Shown here: positions 18,499 through 27,948 of the stretch, one piece after another | Layout of the letters: the number at the start of each line of letters is the position of its first letter | How positions within the stretch are numbered: the first letter of the stretch is position 1 | Virus record (IMG/VR): IMGVR_UViG_3300020049_015491 | Direction: 5' to 3' (one strand) | From: an uncultured virus (IMG/VR IMGVR_UViG_3300020049_015491) | Lineage: Duplodnaviria > Heunggongvirae > Uroviricota > Caudoviricetes | DNA: 64,000 nucleotides | Program-made: the position numbers and the translations under genes | Notes under the pieces: model-generated | Databases searched by the model: none | Seen by the model: only the letters and a program-made list of their open reading frames with translations | Told to the model about the DNA's origin: nothing

Positions 18499-18738
18499 TC
18501 ACCTCATCAGAGAATAGCGGAATCCGTTCACGATTACGATTTTGGGAGGAGCTGGAATTGGTCGGGCTATGTGAAACGGCGTGCTTAAATCGTGTTTGGC
18601 CTTATAGACCTCCGGAATTGCTCCGGAGATGTACCACTCGCCGGCTAAGGGTTGACGATATTCGCCTGTGGATTCAAAGAATTCTTCGCATAGCGGCGGA
18701 AAAGACGCAGCCGTGCGGTATTTGATGCCTGGCCTCAT
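18499..18738 (-). CDS. Hypothetical protein
   Basis: GAGGTGA SD; TGEYRQPLAGEWYISG. Confidence 0.65.
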   Translation of the reverse strand: MRPGIKYRTAASFPPLCEEFFESTGEYRQPLAGEWYISGAIPEVYKAKHDLSTPFHIARPIPAPPKIVIVNGFRYSLMR

Positions 18739-18896
18739 GATATCACCTCATACTGACCTATTCATATTTTCATGGTGTTTGAGCATTATCAGGATGTTAT
18801 TTAGACCGGATAATGCATCTTCGGATAGCGGTTCGCTCCAGATTAGGGCTTGAAGGCGAGTGCGGGCGTCTTCAATTTCGCTGGGAGACCAAATCA

Positions 18897-19355
18897 TTAA
18901 TCCTCCAGGAGGATGGAGCCCCAGGATTTGTTTTTGCGAAGGCTCTCGATTTCCTCATCAGTGAGGGAATTCAGCTTTTTAAATTCTGATATGGGTATTT
19001 TTAGAGAGTAATTCACGTAGTCGGAATCCTCGTGGGGAATGCCCTCATCAAGGATACCAAGAAGGGCTCCTGTTGGAGATGCAGCTTCAACATCCAGGGT
19101 GTTAGTCATGGACCAAATCAGTGGGATTTTGTAGATTTTGCTGGTCATCTGGATTTTAGATAGCTCTTCGATGGGGATTTTAGAACCTCGCCAGTTCACG
19201 TAGATAGGATGGAAATTGCCGATTTGGTGGCCGTCACCCATTCGGGTGAAGGTTTGGCCAAGTTTGTTGTCGAAAATAGTTACCTTAGACCGGGTATGGT
19301 AGCCGGCCTGATCGAGATTGACGGTATCGTAGATGGTGATTTTGTATCTGTCCAT
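18897..19355 (-). CDS. Hypothetical protein
   Basis: GGAGGT SD before ATG 19355, preceded by a hairpin at 19377-19410. Confidence 0.65.
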   Translation of the reverse strand: MDRYKITIYDTVNLDQAGYHTRSKVTIFDNKLGQTFTRMGDGHQIGNFHPIYVNWRGSKIPIEELSKIQMTSKIYKIPLIWSMTNTLDVEAASPTGALLGILDEGIPHEDSDYVNYSLKIPISEFKKLNSLTDEEIESLRKNKSWGSILLED

Positions 19356-19412
19356 TGTTGAACCTCCAAAACTTGCCTGTGAGCCGTAAGGAGGCTTGCG
19401 GCTCATCAGGGT

Positions 19413-19595
19413 TTAGGAAAGTTTTGCGCTGCCGGCACCGTTGGGGAAGATAACGTGGCCGGTGCGTTCTAGGGTTAGGATATGACCGGAGAACCGTTTT
19501 AGGTTGAATTTTTGGGCGGTTAGGGTTAGTGCTTCGGATATTGTTGATGGGTAATAGATCTCCTCATCAGATGGGAATTTGAGGATGAGCTTCAT
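19413..19595 (-). CDS. Small hypothetical protein
   Basis: ATGA coupling. Confidence 0.55.
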   Translation of the reverse strand: MKLILKFPSDEEIYYPSTISEALTLTAQKFNLKRFSGHILTLERTGHVIFPNGAGSAKLS

Positions 19596-19801
19596 TCCTC
19601 ATATTCTCCTACCGACTCAACGGTTTTGAGAGCACGGACTTCGATCCAGGATTGACTACAACAGAGGCAGTCAACTTTCATCCTGATTTTGTCGTCAAGG
19701 CAGAGAATTGGTTGGGATGCATCTAATCGCGACTCGTGGCAGTATGGGCAGGTGTTGGGCTTTTTTCGAAGCTTTGAAATGAGATTAGGAGGAAGAGTCA
19801 T
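19592..19801 (-). CDS. Small Zn-ribbon protein
   Basis: CPYC...CLCC. Confidence 0.6.
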   Translation of the reverse strand: MTLPPNLISKLRKKPNTCPYCHESRLDASQPILCLDDKIRMKVDCLCCSQSWIEVRALKTVESVGEYEE

Positions 19802-20174
19802 CGTTAGACCTCACTGGGAGAGCTTGCAATTCTGCAATTAAGTCGTCATCAGAGAAAGCTATGTGGCCTTCTGGGACTGGAACTGTGAAGATTCGGCTGA
19901 AGAATTCTTCGCTGATCACGATTAGGTTGCAGCTTTTTGGGTTGATTAGCATTATTCCGTGGGAGAGATATTTCTCACGGCAATCGGGACAAACCAGGGA
20001 CGGTTCAACGTAGGACCGGCGCTTAAAGGGTTGGGTGAGCTTGCCGTCCTCAACTTTGGTGCTCATCACGACGCCGGTATCTTGATTGCAAATTGGGCAG
20101 GTAAGAAGGGCGACGTGGGATGGGTCGAAGTAGCGGTCATCGGATTTGTCGATGATTTGAGATTTAATTGGCAT
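19785..20174 (-). CDS. Zn-finger hypothetical protein
   Basis: CPIC...CPDC; GGAGG SD. Confidence 0.7.
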   Translation of the reverse strand: MPIKSQIIDKSDDRYFDPSHVALLTCPICNQDTGVVMSTKVEDGKLTQPFKRRSYVEPSLVCPDCREKYLSHGIMLINPKSCNLIVISEEFFSRIFTVPVPEGHIAFSDDDLIAELQALPVRSNDDSSS

Positions 20175-20548
20175 AAATCCTCCACTGACGAATGAGTTTG
20201 CTCATCACACTATGCGAAAGAGCGTATGAAAGCTCTTCAAAGAGGATAATTTGAATTCGAGACATGGTTACACCTGGCAGAATAGAATCATGATTAGAGT
20301 AAAAAAGGCTACTGACAATGCGCCGGCATATCTAGCGTAAAGGTTGAGGTTTTTGGAGAGTCGCCTCATCAGGATGTCGGTTTTGGACTTTTTTGGGGCC
20401 ATCTAGGTGCCTCCCATATGGGCGAGGATTTTGGCAAGGATAATTAAGAGAAGAAAGAGGCGAAGGGGATTCATGATTCGACCTCCATGCCCACTAATTC
20501 GCCGTCATCATAGAAGTAGATGATGCCATCAATAAGCTGGCTGGACAT
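20164..20548 (-). CDS. Four tandem micro-ORFs (25, 23, 44, 33 aa)
   Basis: 20471-20548, 20403-20474, 20268-20402 and 20164-20265; starts abut or overlap the preceding stop; GGAGG or AGGTG SD for the last three. Confidence 0.5.
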
Positions 20549-20938
20549 TTAGGCCACCAGCTTGAGAGCGGATTTGGTGGCCTCATCAGTGGGCTTGGCC
20601 CAGAAGGGGGCAGCGTTGCCGAAGGGGTTGGCCGGAACATGGCCGTAGTAGTGGAGCCCCAGGGCTTTGTATTGGGCGATTGTGGCCTCATCAGGCTTTT
20701 CAGCGTTTTGAATGGCAATCATGGCCTTGCCCCGGAAATCGTATTCGAGGACCGTGGTCTTAAGGGCCTGGGTGGGCTTAGGCGGTTTGGCCGTGACGGC
20801 CTTTTCAAGGACAGCCAGCTTCGCGGGTGTTTTGGCGCTGTTGGCGAAGATTAGCATGGCGCTGAGGACTGCCTCATCATCGATTTGGTCGAGTAAGGTT
20901 ATGATTTTCTTTCTGATTGCGGTTACTTTCTTGGACAT
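20549..20938 (-). CDS. Basic hypothetical protein, first gene of the leftward operon
   Basis: GAGGTGA SD; Lys/Ala-rich. Confidence 0.7.
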   Translation of the reverse strand: MSKKVTAIRKKIITLLDQIDDEAVLSAMLIFANSAKTPAKLAVLEKAVTAKPPKPTQALKTTVLEYDFRGKAMIAIQNAEKPDEATIAQYKALGLHYYGHVPANPFGNAAPFWAKPTDEATKSALKLVA

Positions 20939-20949
20939 TTTCGTTCACC

Positions 20950-21690
20950 TCATATTGGTTTTTCCCGGTATGGTTGAGTCGGGAAATTATAATAAAGTTC
21001 GACAGCCGAGGCCACGGACTCCCATTAGTAGGTGGCCTGTCGTCAGTTCGGCTCATCAGGAGATATGCCTTGAAATCCTTTCTTGGGAGTAGGGATTTAG
21101 GCAAAAATGGGTTGTGTGAGAATTCATATCTTAGGCAAAGACTCATCAATTCGCCGTCATTTTTGGTGAGATGGAGTCTCTTGATGACGGTTACACTCAG
21201 TGCCTTACATCCTCATCAGTCACTTTTGAGGAATCAGCCTAATCAGGTGGGCTTAATCGGTACTTTCAGGTTGTCGGGAGGTTACTTTTTTCGTCAGGCT
21301 AGCGCTATGGGTGGGCGCTACTGTGATCATTCCTATTCCCTTTGACGGCTCGTCACTCTGGACTGGTCCGTGACTCTGAAAGGATTTAAGTGGCTCATCA
21401 GGCCCTTGAACTTTGTGTTTTAGGGAAACACTAGCCGTTTTTCGGTGTTTCGCACCGACATTGAGCCCTAACAATAGCGTGCTGCGGCTATCGATTTATT
21501 AGGGACGGCTTTTACCCTTTGCCCATTGCAGAGCCGAAGACTTTCGCTTTTGGCGTTCAAGGGCTTAATCGGTAACAGAAAAGGCTATTTCCATCATTCG
21601 CCTTTTTTGTAGCCGATGCCTTGAGATTGCTTTTAGATCACCTTCCTTTTTTGTGTCCGAGAGGTTCATACTTCGCCTTTCGGCAATCCC
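20950..21690 (-). ncRNA. Candidate large structured non-coding RNA or leader (~740 nt)
   Basis: No credible ORF; many helices including a 10-bp long-range pair 21402-21411/21555-21564; directly downstream of a BRE-TATA. Confidence 0.55.
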
Positions 21691-21707
21691 TCCTTAGCTG
21701 GTGAGAA

Positions 21708-21720
21708 TATAAACCTTTCT
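21708..21720 (-). promoter_or_regulatory. Archaeal BRE-TATA promoter
   Basis: AGAAAGG-TTTATA on the minus strand. Confidence 0.7.
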
Positions 21721-21729
21721 CAACAATGA

Positions 21730-23250
21730 TGTCCGGAGATGTGGATTGATGGGTAAATGTGTACGTTGATGTATGTTTTTGTACACTGGGTGGGAGATTG
21801 ACGGCGCGGAACGGCGCGAGAGGTGAGAGGAAAATGGGAGAAAATGGGGCGACGGATGACGGTTTTAGGGCGGCGCGATGGCGGCGCGATGGGTGAAATC
21901 GGTAACAGTGAAGGGGTTAGACGTGCAGTAATATAGGGGAAATGGAAAAATGGGCGAAATGATGGCGACGGATGGCGGTTTTGATGGGATGGATTGAAGG
22001 GTATATTAAATATACGGTAAAATATGAAAAATATATGTATATATATGGTGAAATATATGGGATGGACTGGGAGATATGGGAGATGGATAAAAATCGATAT
22101 GGGATAAACGGAAATGAAAAAAAATTAAAAAAAATGAAAAACATTAAATAATTACAAAAGCTATAATAGGGGTTTTTTCCGATAGAAAAAAGAAATGATC
22201 TTAGGACTATGGGCGACGTCGCCGCCCAGAAATGGCCTGAGAGTCCATTAGACCGGGCCGGGCCGGTGAGAAGGTGAAAGCCTGCCCATATGGGAGATAT
22301 GGCCTATAATGGCTACTAGACCATTTCTATGACCATATGTGAGCATAAGCTGGAGAGTATGGCCGGCAGTCTTCTCGCGCGACGGGCCGGGCCGGGCCGA
22401 GAATGTACATTTTTTTACGTTATCGTTGTTGCATGTATGCATATAGATATTCTTATCTCGCGATGCATATAAATGGATCTATCGGTTTATGGTTAAATCA
22501 GTAGCCAGAGACAGGTTCATATGAACAATAAGAGAGGGAAGGACGAAAATGGACACATGTGTCCATTGATACATGGCCATAAAACGCTATGCGTGGCCAG
22601 CAATACCCTAAAACCAACATTGAGAGGACAAAATACATTAAGTGATACGGTATTCATATGAGCCCTATATCAGCACTACTGTACACATTTGGACATTGTG
22701 GCCTTATCTTGGTTATCAATGGACATATTTGGGCATTGGTGCCGGGATTTGAGCAGAGACGTACTATCTTGGCCAGAAATGGCCAGATACCTACAGGGGT
22801 GTTTATATATAGACAGAAAAATAAAAGAGAGGGCCGAACAGGGAACCCGCAGGTTCCCATTCCCCCCAACGGGGGGATTGAGGGGGGAGTTGCTAGTTGC
22901 AACTAGCACGACAAACAACCCAGGACAGCCAAAGCCAACATGACTCCCAGGACCCACACAGGATAAAGCCACTAAGCCCTAGGACCACAGATCACCCAAC
23001 ACCCAGGCTCCCGGAGGACCCCGGGACCCAAAGTGGGCCTAACGCTAGTGTCCCACAGATCACCCAGTCAACCTATCAACTATCCCAATCATCTCACTCA
23101 TAACATATCTCTAACATAATCTACTCAATAAAATCTTATATATCTATCTCCCCCCACTCTATTATAGAAAATTGAATTAATTATCGTTTTTAGTGAAAAA
23201 AATTGAAAAATCTCAAAAAAAGTAAAAACACTTCCACAGCTATCGATTAA
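21730..23250. other. Non-coding, palindrome-rich GC-skew switch region
   Basis: Plus strand G-rich left of ~22.9 kb and C-rich to the right; perfect palindromes at 22548-22567 and 22891-22908. Confidence 0.6.
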
Positions 23251-23254
23251 CCTC

Positions 23255-23743
23255 TCAACTCTTTTTTCCAGGTTCCTCCGACCCGTGCTCACCTACCGAA
23301 AACACCAATATCGTTATGTCAGAGATATCCAACCACTGAAACTCAATCCCCGTCTCCCGAAACATGACATATACCCTCGGTATTTTCGACCAGGCCAGAG
23401 TCTCCTCCAACTCCTCCCCAGCCATCGCTTCACAGCACTTATCGTCCCCGTCACCCCTATTATCCAACAATTGCTCGCATGCAATAGCCTCAGACGGGAT
23501 CAACCCCCCAGCCATTACCAGTTTTCTCGCGTCCACCTTCCACACTTTTCCTACCAACTCAGGATCTAGTCGCCATACTCGTTTCCAGGGTATCATGCCC
23601 TTTATCCCCTTGGTCGAATATGCCAAACCCGTCTCCGTTGCCTCAATCTCCACCAATCCCTCGCTGTACCGCAATGCCTTCGCAGCCAGTCTCAAAGCCC
23701 CAACTTTGATCCCAAACATTGTTTTGCTCAAATATTCTTCCAT
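23255..23743 (-). CDS. Hypothetical protein
   Basis: 162-aa ORF, G-rich coding strand. Confidence 0.6.
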   Translation of the reverse strand: MEEYLSKTMFGIKVGALRLAAKALRYSEGLVEIEATETGLAYSTKGIKGMIPWKRVWRLDPELVGKVWKVDARKLVMAGGLIPSEAIACEQLLDNRGDGDDKCCEAMAGEELEETLAWSKIPRVYVMFRETGIEFQWLDISDITILVFSVGEHGSEEPGKKS

Positions 23744-23757
23744 TCATATACCCCCCT

Positions 23758-24003
23758 TCATCCCACCAGCCTTTCCAGAACCAATCTCTGCCTGATCGAC
23801 CATACCTTTATCCCATCCTTGGGATACCAATACCCGTTCTCCAAATGAATCCTCCCATCCGTTCCCAGTTTCGTCACCACGCTTTCCCCTACCATCTGGG
23901 TCGCGTCCCAACAGCCACTTACGGACTCCCTAATCCTGACTCTACTCCCAACCACCAGCTCACCCATACCGCGTTCTGCGGAACTCGGTACTCTGTCAAT
24001 CAT
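23758..24003 (-). CDS. Small hypothetical protein
   Basis: GAGGTGA SD before ATG. Confidence 0.5.
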   Translation of the reverse strand: MIDRVPSSAERGMGELVVGSRVRIRESVSGCWDATQMVGESVVTKLGTDGRIHLENGYWYPKDGIKVWSIRQRLVLERLVG

Positions 24004-24167
24004 CCTTCTCCACCTCACATCTGTTCAACGAAACGATCTCAGTCACCATACAATACATCACTTTCCCAATCCTCTCAGCCTCGTCACAGTTCTCCGCCTC
24101 AACCGTCTTCCAGCACAAAACACTACTTCCAGGCCACTGAGGCACCCTAATCGCAAATCTCGGCACT

Positions 24168-24614
24168 TCAATCCACCCATGCCCCGATATACCTCAGCCA
24201 TCTGTAGATCTGCGTGGCCGAAAGCTCCGTCTGCTTGCCCAGCGCCACCATTATCGCCTGGTCGTCCATATCCGAAAGATCCATTCCCTTCATGTCATGG
24301 TTCGGTTCCGGAGCAGCCAGGAACGGTGCCATCCTGCAAATTATCGGCCTGCTGCTATAAATCGAACACCCATCCCGATAAAACTCACATGGCCTCACCT
24401 TCTTGAACGTCATTCTCCGTTGGCCTGCAGGATGAGGAGCCAGGTACTTCTTGGCCACCTCTTTCGGCGTACTATGAAACCTGTGAGCCAACCTGAACGT
24501 ATCCTCCACCACTACATCAATCACTCCGGGCCTGGTGCAGCAATGACCGCACCTCCCACACACGAACCGGGCTTGCGCGATGGCCCTAGTTTTCCAGCCT
24601 GCGTTCCACGTCAT
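24168..24614 (-). CDS. YkgJ-family CxxCxxCC (Fe-S/Zn) protein
   Basis: CGRCGHCC...CEFY...CSIYSSRPIICRMAPF. Confidence 0.85.
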   Translation of the reverse strand: MTWNAGWKTRAIAQARFVCGRCGHCCTRPGVIDVVVEDTFRLAHRFHSTPKEVAKKYLAPHPAGQRRMTFKKVRPCEFYRDGCSIYSSRPIICRMAPFLAAPEPNHDMKGMDLSDMDDQAIMVALGKQTELSATQIYRWLRYIGAWVD

Positions 24615-24969
24615 TTTCGATCCTATCCTTCAGAAACTGATCATAGTCAACACCATTCTTCTCCGCCGCCTCTCTTCCCCAGATCACAGATCCACCCAGG
24701 ATTACCAACGTTGCCATGACAATAACACCATAAACAAATGCCTCCACATCATTTAGATGCTGGTTTGATAACTGTTCTGGAAGATTATCCCAAAACGTTT
24801 GCGGGGTTTCCGCCTTGAGAACCTGCTTCTTGACCTCTTGAATCAAATCGTTGTACTTTTTAATATCCAAAGCAAGCGAATATGCTGTATGCACTGATAA
24901 CGCCTCAGACTCAGATCGAGACGCAATTAACGCAGCAACCAGTTCCGAACCGTTTATCGGTCTCCCAAT
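24586..24969 (-). CDS. Hypothetical protein, probable ATT start
   Basis: GAGGTG-5nt-ATT in frame with ORF 24586-24894. Confidence 0.55.
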   Translation of the reverse strand: MGRPINGSELVAALIASRSESEALSVHTAYSLALDIKKYNDLIQEVKKQVLKAETPQTFWDNLPEQLSNQHLNDVEAFVYGVIVMATLVILGGSVIWGREAAEKNGVDYDQFLKDRIENDVERRLEN

Positions 24970-24978
24970 ATCAACACC

Positions 24979-25341
24979 TCAGAACGTCATGGTTTCTTCA
25001 AAATCTTCAGCCTTTTCCGGGCTACTGAAATATCTCTCAAAGAATGCCCCAAATTGCTTCCGAACATACTTTTTTCCATTCTTAAAGTACGTCCTGCTCT
25101 CAGCCGTAATGGTCATAAAAAGCACCCATGTCGCAGGTGTTCGAACCTTTCTGACCCGCCCAGCTACCTCTACAGCATCCACAAATGGCGTAATTTCGAT
25201 ATCCCCAACCAAATGTTTCATATATTCTGGCATGTAGTTCGGTTGATTGTACCGATATGCACCTACTGCATAGTCATTCTGCAGATAGACCATTGATAAA
25301 TTGAGCATCGGATAGTCATAGACAACGGTTTCGTTGCTCAT
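24979..25341 (-). CDS. Hypothetical protein
   Basis: ORF in the minus-strand operon. Confidence 0.6.
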   Translation of the reverse strand: MSNETVVYDYPMLNLSMVYLQNDYAVGAYRYNQPNYMPEYMKHLVGDIEITPFVDAVEVAGRVRKVRTPATWVLFMTITAESRTYFKNGKKYVRKQFGAFFERYFSSPEKAEDFEETMTF

Positions 25342-25393
25342 GGTTCCTTTACCCACAAACCTGGCCAACCATGGGGGATTTTTATGGTATTCT

Positions 25394-26059
25394 TCATTTC
25401 TTGGGCCTCAACAGAACTCGAAGATTCCCATTTTCAACGATCTCGTAATTCATGGCCTGGGCCAGATCGTTGCAAAATTCGTTTAGGCGTTTCTCAGTGG
25501 TCTGGCAACCAATGCCTACACCCAGGGTTACGCGAATCGGAAAACCCTGTAAGGGGCCAAACGTGGAGAAGTCAAAGACGGAATCCGCAAATAGAGTTAA
25601 ACGGATCTCACTACGACTAGGATGCATTCTGGCCAGGTTGGACATGATATTATCAAATACCTGGTCATGACCACCCAGGGCCTTATAGGCAGGCCTGGAG
25701 CGCGAAGTTTTGATGCTCAGGAAGACTGCATCAAACCCGTCAACCAGCTTAGAAGAGCCACAGGTTTCAATGGCCACCTTCATGCTCATGCCGTGAGCCT
25801 GTTCAATTATGTATCGGCAGGCTTCTACCTGGATACTTGGTTCGCCACCACTGATTACAACGTGATCTACAAACTGGGATGCCAGAAGCATTCTTGAGGT
25901 AATATTGGTATCTTTAACCAGATTGACCCCAGTTTTGAAAATTTCATTGTGGCAATGAGGACATTTCATGGGGCAGCCCCGCAGGAAAATCACCATGGCT
26001 GATTTGCCAAACCAGTCAATGGTTGAGAGGACTACGATTCCAGCCAGGTTGATTCTCAT
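25394..26059 (-). CDS. Radical SAM anaerobic ribonucleotide reductase activase-like (NrdG-like)
   Basis: STIDWFG...FLRGCPMKCPHCHN and SGGEP motifs. Confidence 0.8.
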   Translation of the reverse strand: MRINLAGIVVLSTIDWFGKSAMVIFLRGCPMKCPHCHNEIFKTGVNLVKDTNITSRMLLASQFVDHVVISGGEPSIQVEACRYIIEQAHGMSMKVAIETCGSSKLVDGFDAVFLSIKTSRSRPAYKALGGHDQVFDNIMSNLARMHPSRSEIRLTLFADSVFDFSTFGPLQGFPIRVTLGVGIGCQTTEKRLNEFCNDLAQAMNYEIVENGNLRVLLRPKK

Positions 26060-26358
26060 TTCAGATACCCTAACTCAGCTTTTTTGTCCGTAAGCAATTG
26101 CGTAATTCGACCAGTCCTGGTCAACCATCCCTGCACTTCGGGAGGAAGGATCTCCCCACGAAGGATACGGATGTCAAAGTCAGTTATTGCCTTGACATAG
26201 ATCTTCTGCATACATCGATTTAAGGGTTAAACGTATATAATCTTTTCGATAGGATAAGTGATTTTGATTTAGAACGTCAGAAAAACATGCTGGAATGATA
26301 AGTATGCGTATAAAGGAATGAGAAGATTTATATGGTTGGACATGCTTAAAGTTTTTGC

Positions 26359-27045
26359 ATGAAAGGACCCGTAACTATTGATATTGAGACGGTACGCGGA
26401 ACTGCCGAACAACTGCAGACCTACCGAGACGTAAAATGCGCCAAATGCGCCCATAATCCTGAGCTGCATCCAAAGCAGAAGAAAGATTATTGCACCGAGT
26501 GCTATGATGAGGCAGCACTGAGATGGCATACCAGCCAGACCGTGTGCATTACGGCCAAGCCCCTGGGTCAAGAGGCAGTTTGCTTCTGTGATGCTCGCGA
26601 AGAGGTAGTCCTGGAACAGGCATTCGAGTACCTGGAGGAGATAGCTCCCAGGCCCTATGTTGGATTTAATGTGAAGGATTTCGATATCGTTCATTTGAAG
26701 ATGAGAGGTATGGTTAGAGGGATACCCTTTGTCCATATATTACCCCAGGGAAAATATGATAAAAATTGCGTGGATCTCTATGATGTGCTGGTTGAAGGGA
26801 AGTGGAATAAGCAACAGTCAGCTTCGTTGGAGATGTTTGCAGCCATGCTGGGGTTCAAAGAGCTGCTTTACGGACATGGCAGCCAGGTCCCTAACTGGTT
26901 CTTGAATGGAGAGCTGGATGAGATAAAAAGACATAACATCGGAGACGTTTTGGCTACGGAACAATTGTATATGAGGTATGCCAATATTTATAGTGATTAT
27001 AAAAAGAGAAAAGAAAGTGATTTTGATGAAGTAATCACTATCTAG
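26359..27045 (+). CDS. DEDD 3'-5' exonuclease (PolB-exo/RNase H-like)
   Basis: IDIET, GFNVKDFD, HNIGDV motifs; inserted CxxC...CxxC. Confidence 0.85.
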   Translation: MKGPVTIDIETVRGTAEQLQTYRDVKCAKCAHNPELHPKQKKDYCTECYDEAALRWHTSQTVCITAKPLGQEAVCFCDAREEVVLEQAFEYLEEIAPRPYVGFNVKDFDIVHLKMRGMVRGIPFVHILPQGKYDKNCVDLYDVLVEGKWNKQQSASLEMFAAMLGFKELLYGHGSQVPNWFLNGELDEIKRHNIGDVLATEQLYMRYANIYSDYKKRKESDFDEVITI

Positions 27046-27548
27046 GCTTGATATTTGTTGGCATTGATGCCAGTAAGACCCTTTTTCTCTTTTTCTCCAG
27101 CACTCAGTCCCGGACCACCACCCATCTTGGGAGCTGGACCTTTCCATTTTCCGGAACTGGAGCTGGAACCGGAACTACTACTGCCCGATGAAACTACGGA
27201 TTTGGCTGGAACTGGTTTCTGGATGGAGCCCTTGGATTTGGTGAGGGAGGCCGCAAAGACTTTTACTTTGGAGGTGATGTTTTCCGGAGTCTTTTGCTTG
27301 AAGACAATGGTTCGAGTAGGAGTAGGCGTGGGTTTGGAGAATGGTTTGTTGTATTTGAAACTGCTTCCACTAGTACCGAATTCACGGAATGAGCTGGGTG
27401 GTTTCGGTTTTGTGGAAAATGAAGATACTGGTTTTCCGGTTACTGCTGACGTTGCCCTCGGTTGAACCGAGAAAGAGCCAGTGCCGCTTATTGATTTTTT
27501 AGATGAAAGTGCGGCAGAAGCTTTTTTACCTGTCGTGAATGAGGCCAT
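27042..27548 (-). CDS. Basic Ser/Lys-rich protein resembling the N-terminus of the 2525-aa protein
   Basis: MASFTT... / PTRTIVFK / poly-Ser. Confidence 0.6.
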   Translation of the reverse strand: MASFTTGKKASAALSSKKSISGTGSFSVQPRATSAVTGKPVSSFSTKPKPPSSFREFGTSGSSFKYNKPFSKPTPTPTRTIVFKQKTPENITSKVKVFAASLTKSKGSIQKPVPAKSVVSSGSSSSGSSSSSGKWKGPAPKMGGGPGLSAGEKEKKGLTGINANKYQA

Positions 27549-27579
27549 GCCGATATGTAGGTTGCTGGATTTATAAAGT

Positions 27580-27843
27580 TTACTCTATATATACGATGGA
27601 GCCATGACAGTCTTTTCGAGTGCCTTTGATACACCCAACCCTCAGGTGCATGTGAAACATGTCCATGAGCTTACGAGCATGGATATTCAAGGTCTTTGCT
27701 GATCCTGGACTGATCTGAATGTCTTTGATACGTTTCTCTTTCAAAACGATGATGTCTTCCAGGCTTGGACGAAAGGATAAGATGACAGCTTTGGTCTTTA
27801 CGCTATCTAGCTCCTCCATGTTCGAAATAATTGTGGCCTTCAT
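27580..27843 (-). CDS. DUF1699-like methanogen protein
   Basis: ILSFRPS...IQISPGSAKTL...GTRKD pattern. Confidence 0.65.
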   Translation of the reverse strand: MKATIISNMEELDSVKTKAVILSFRPSLEDIIVLKEKRIKDIQISPGSAKTLNIHARKLMDMFHMHLRVGCIKGTRKDCHGSIVYIE

Positions 27844-27948
27844 ACCAAAAATCTGTGAGTTAAAGGTATTTAAGGATTTCTGCAGGTTCTTCTGATAACG
27901 GTTGATGGTATATATAATGAATTGTAACGGATTGTAATGAATCCAATT

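Noticed and set aside
16862..21401. CTGATGAG copies as hammerhead ribozyme cores
   Set aside because: In the copies examined, no stem II followed by GAAA and no stem I/III closure could be built
21917..23103. Short ORFs in the skewed non-coding region
   Set aside because: Low-complexity translations with no SD, produced by compositional bias
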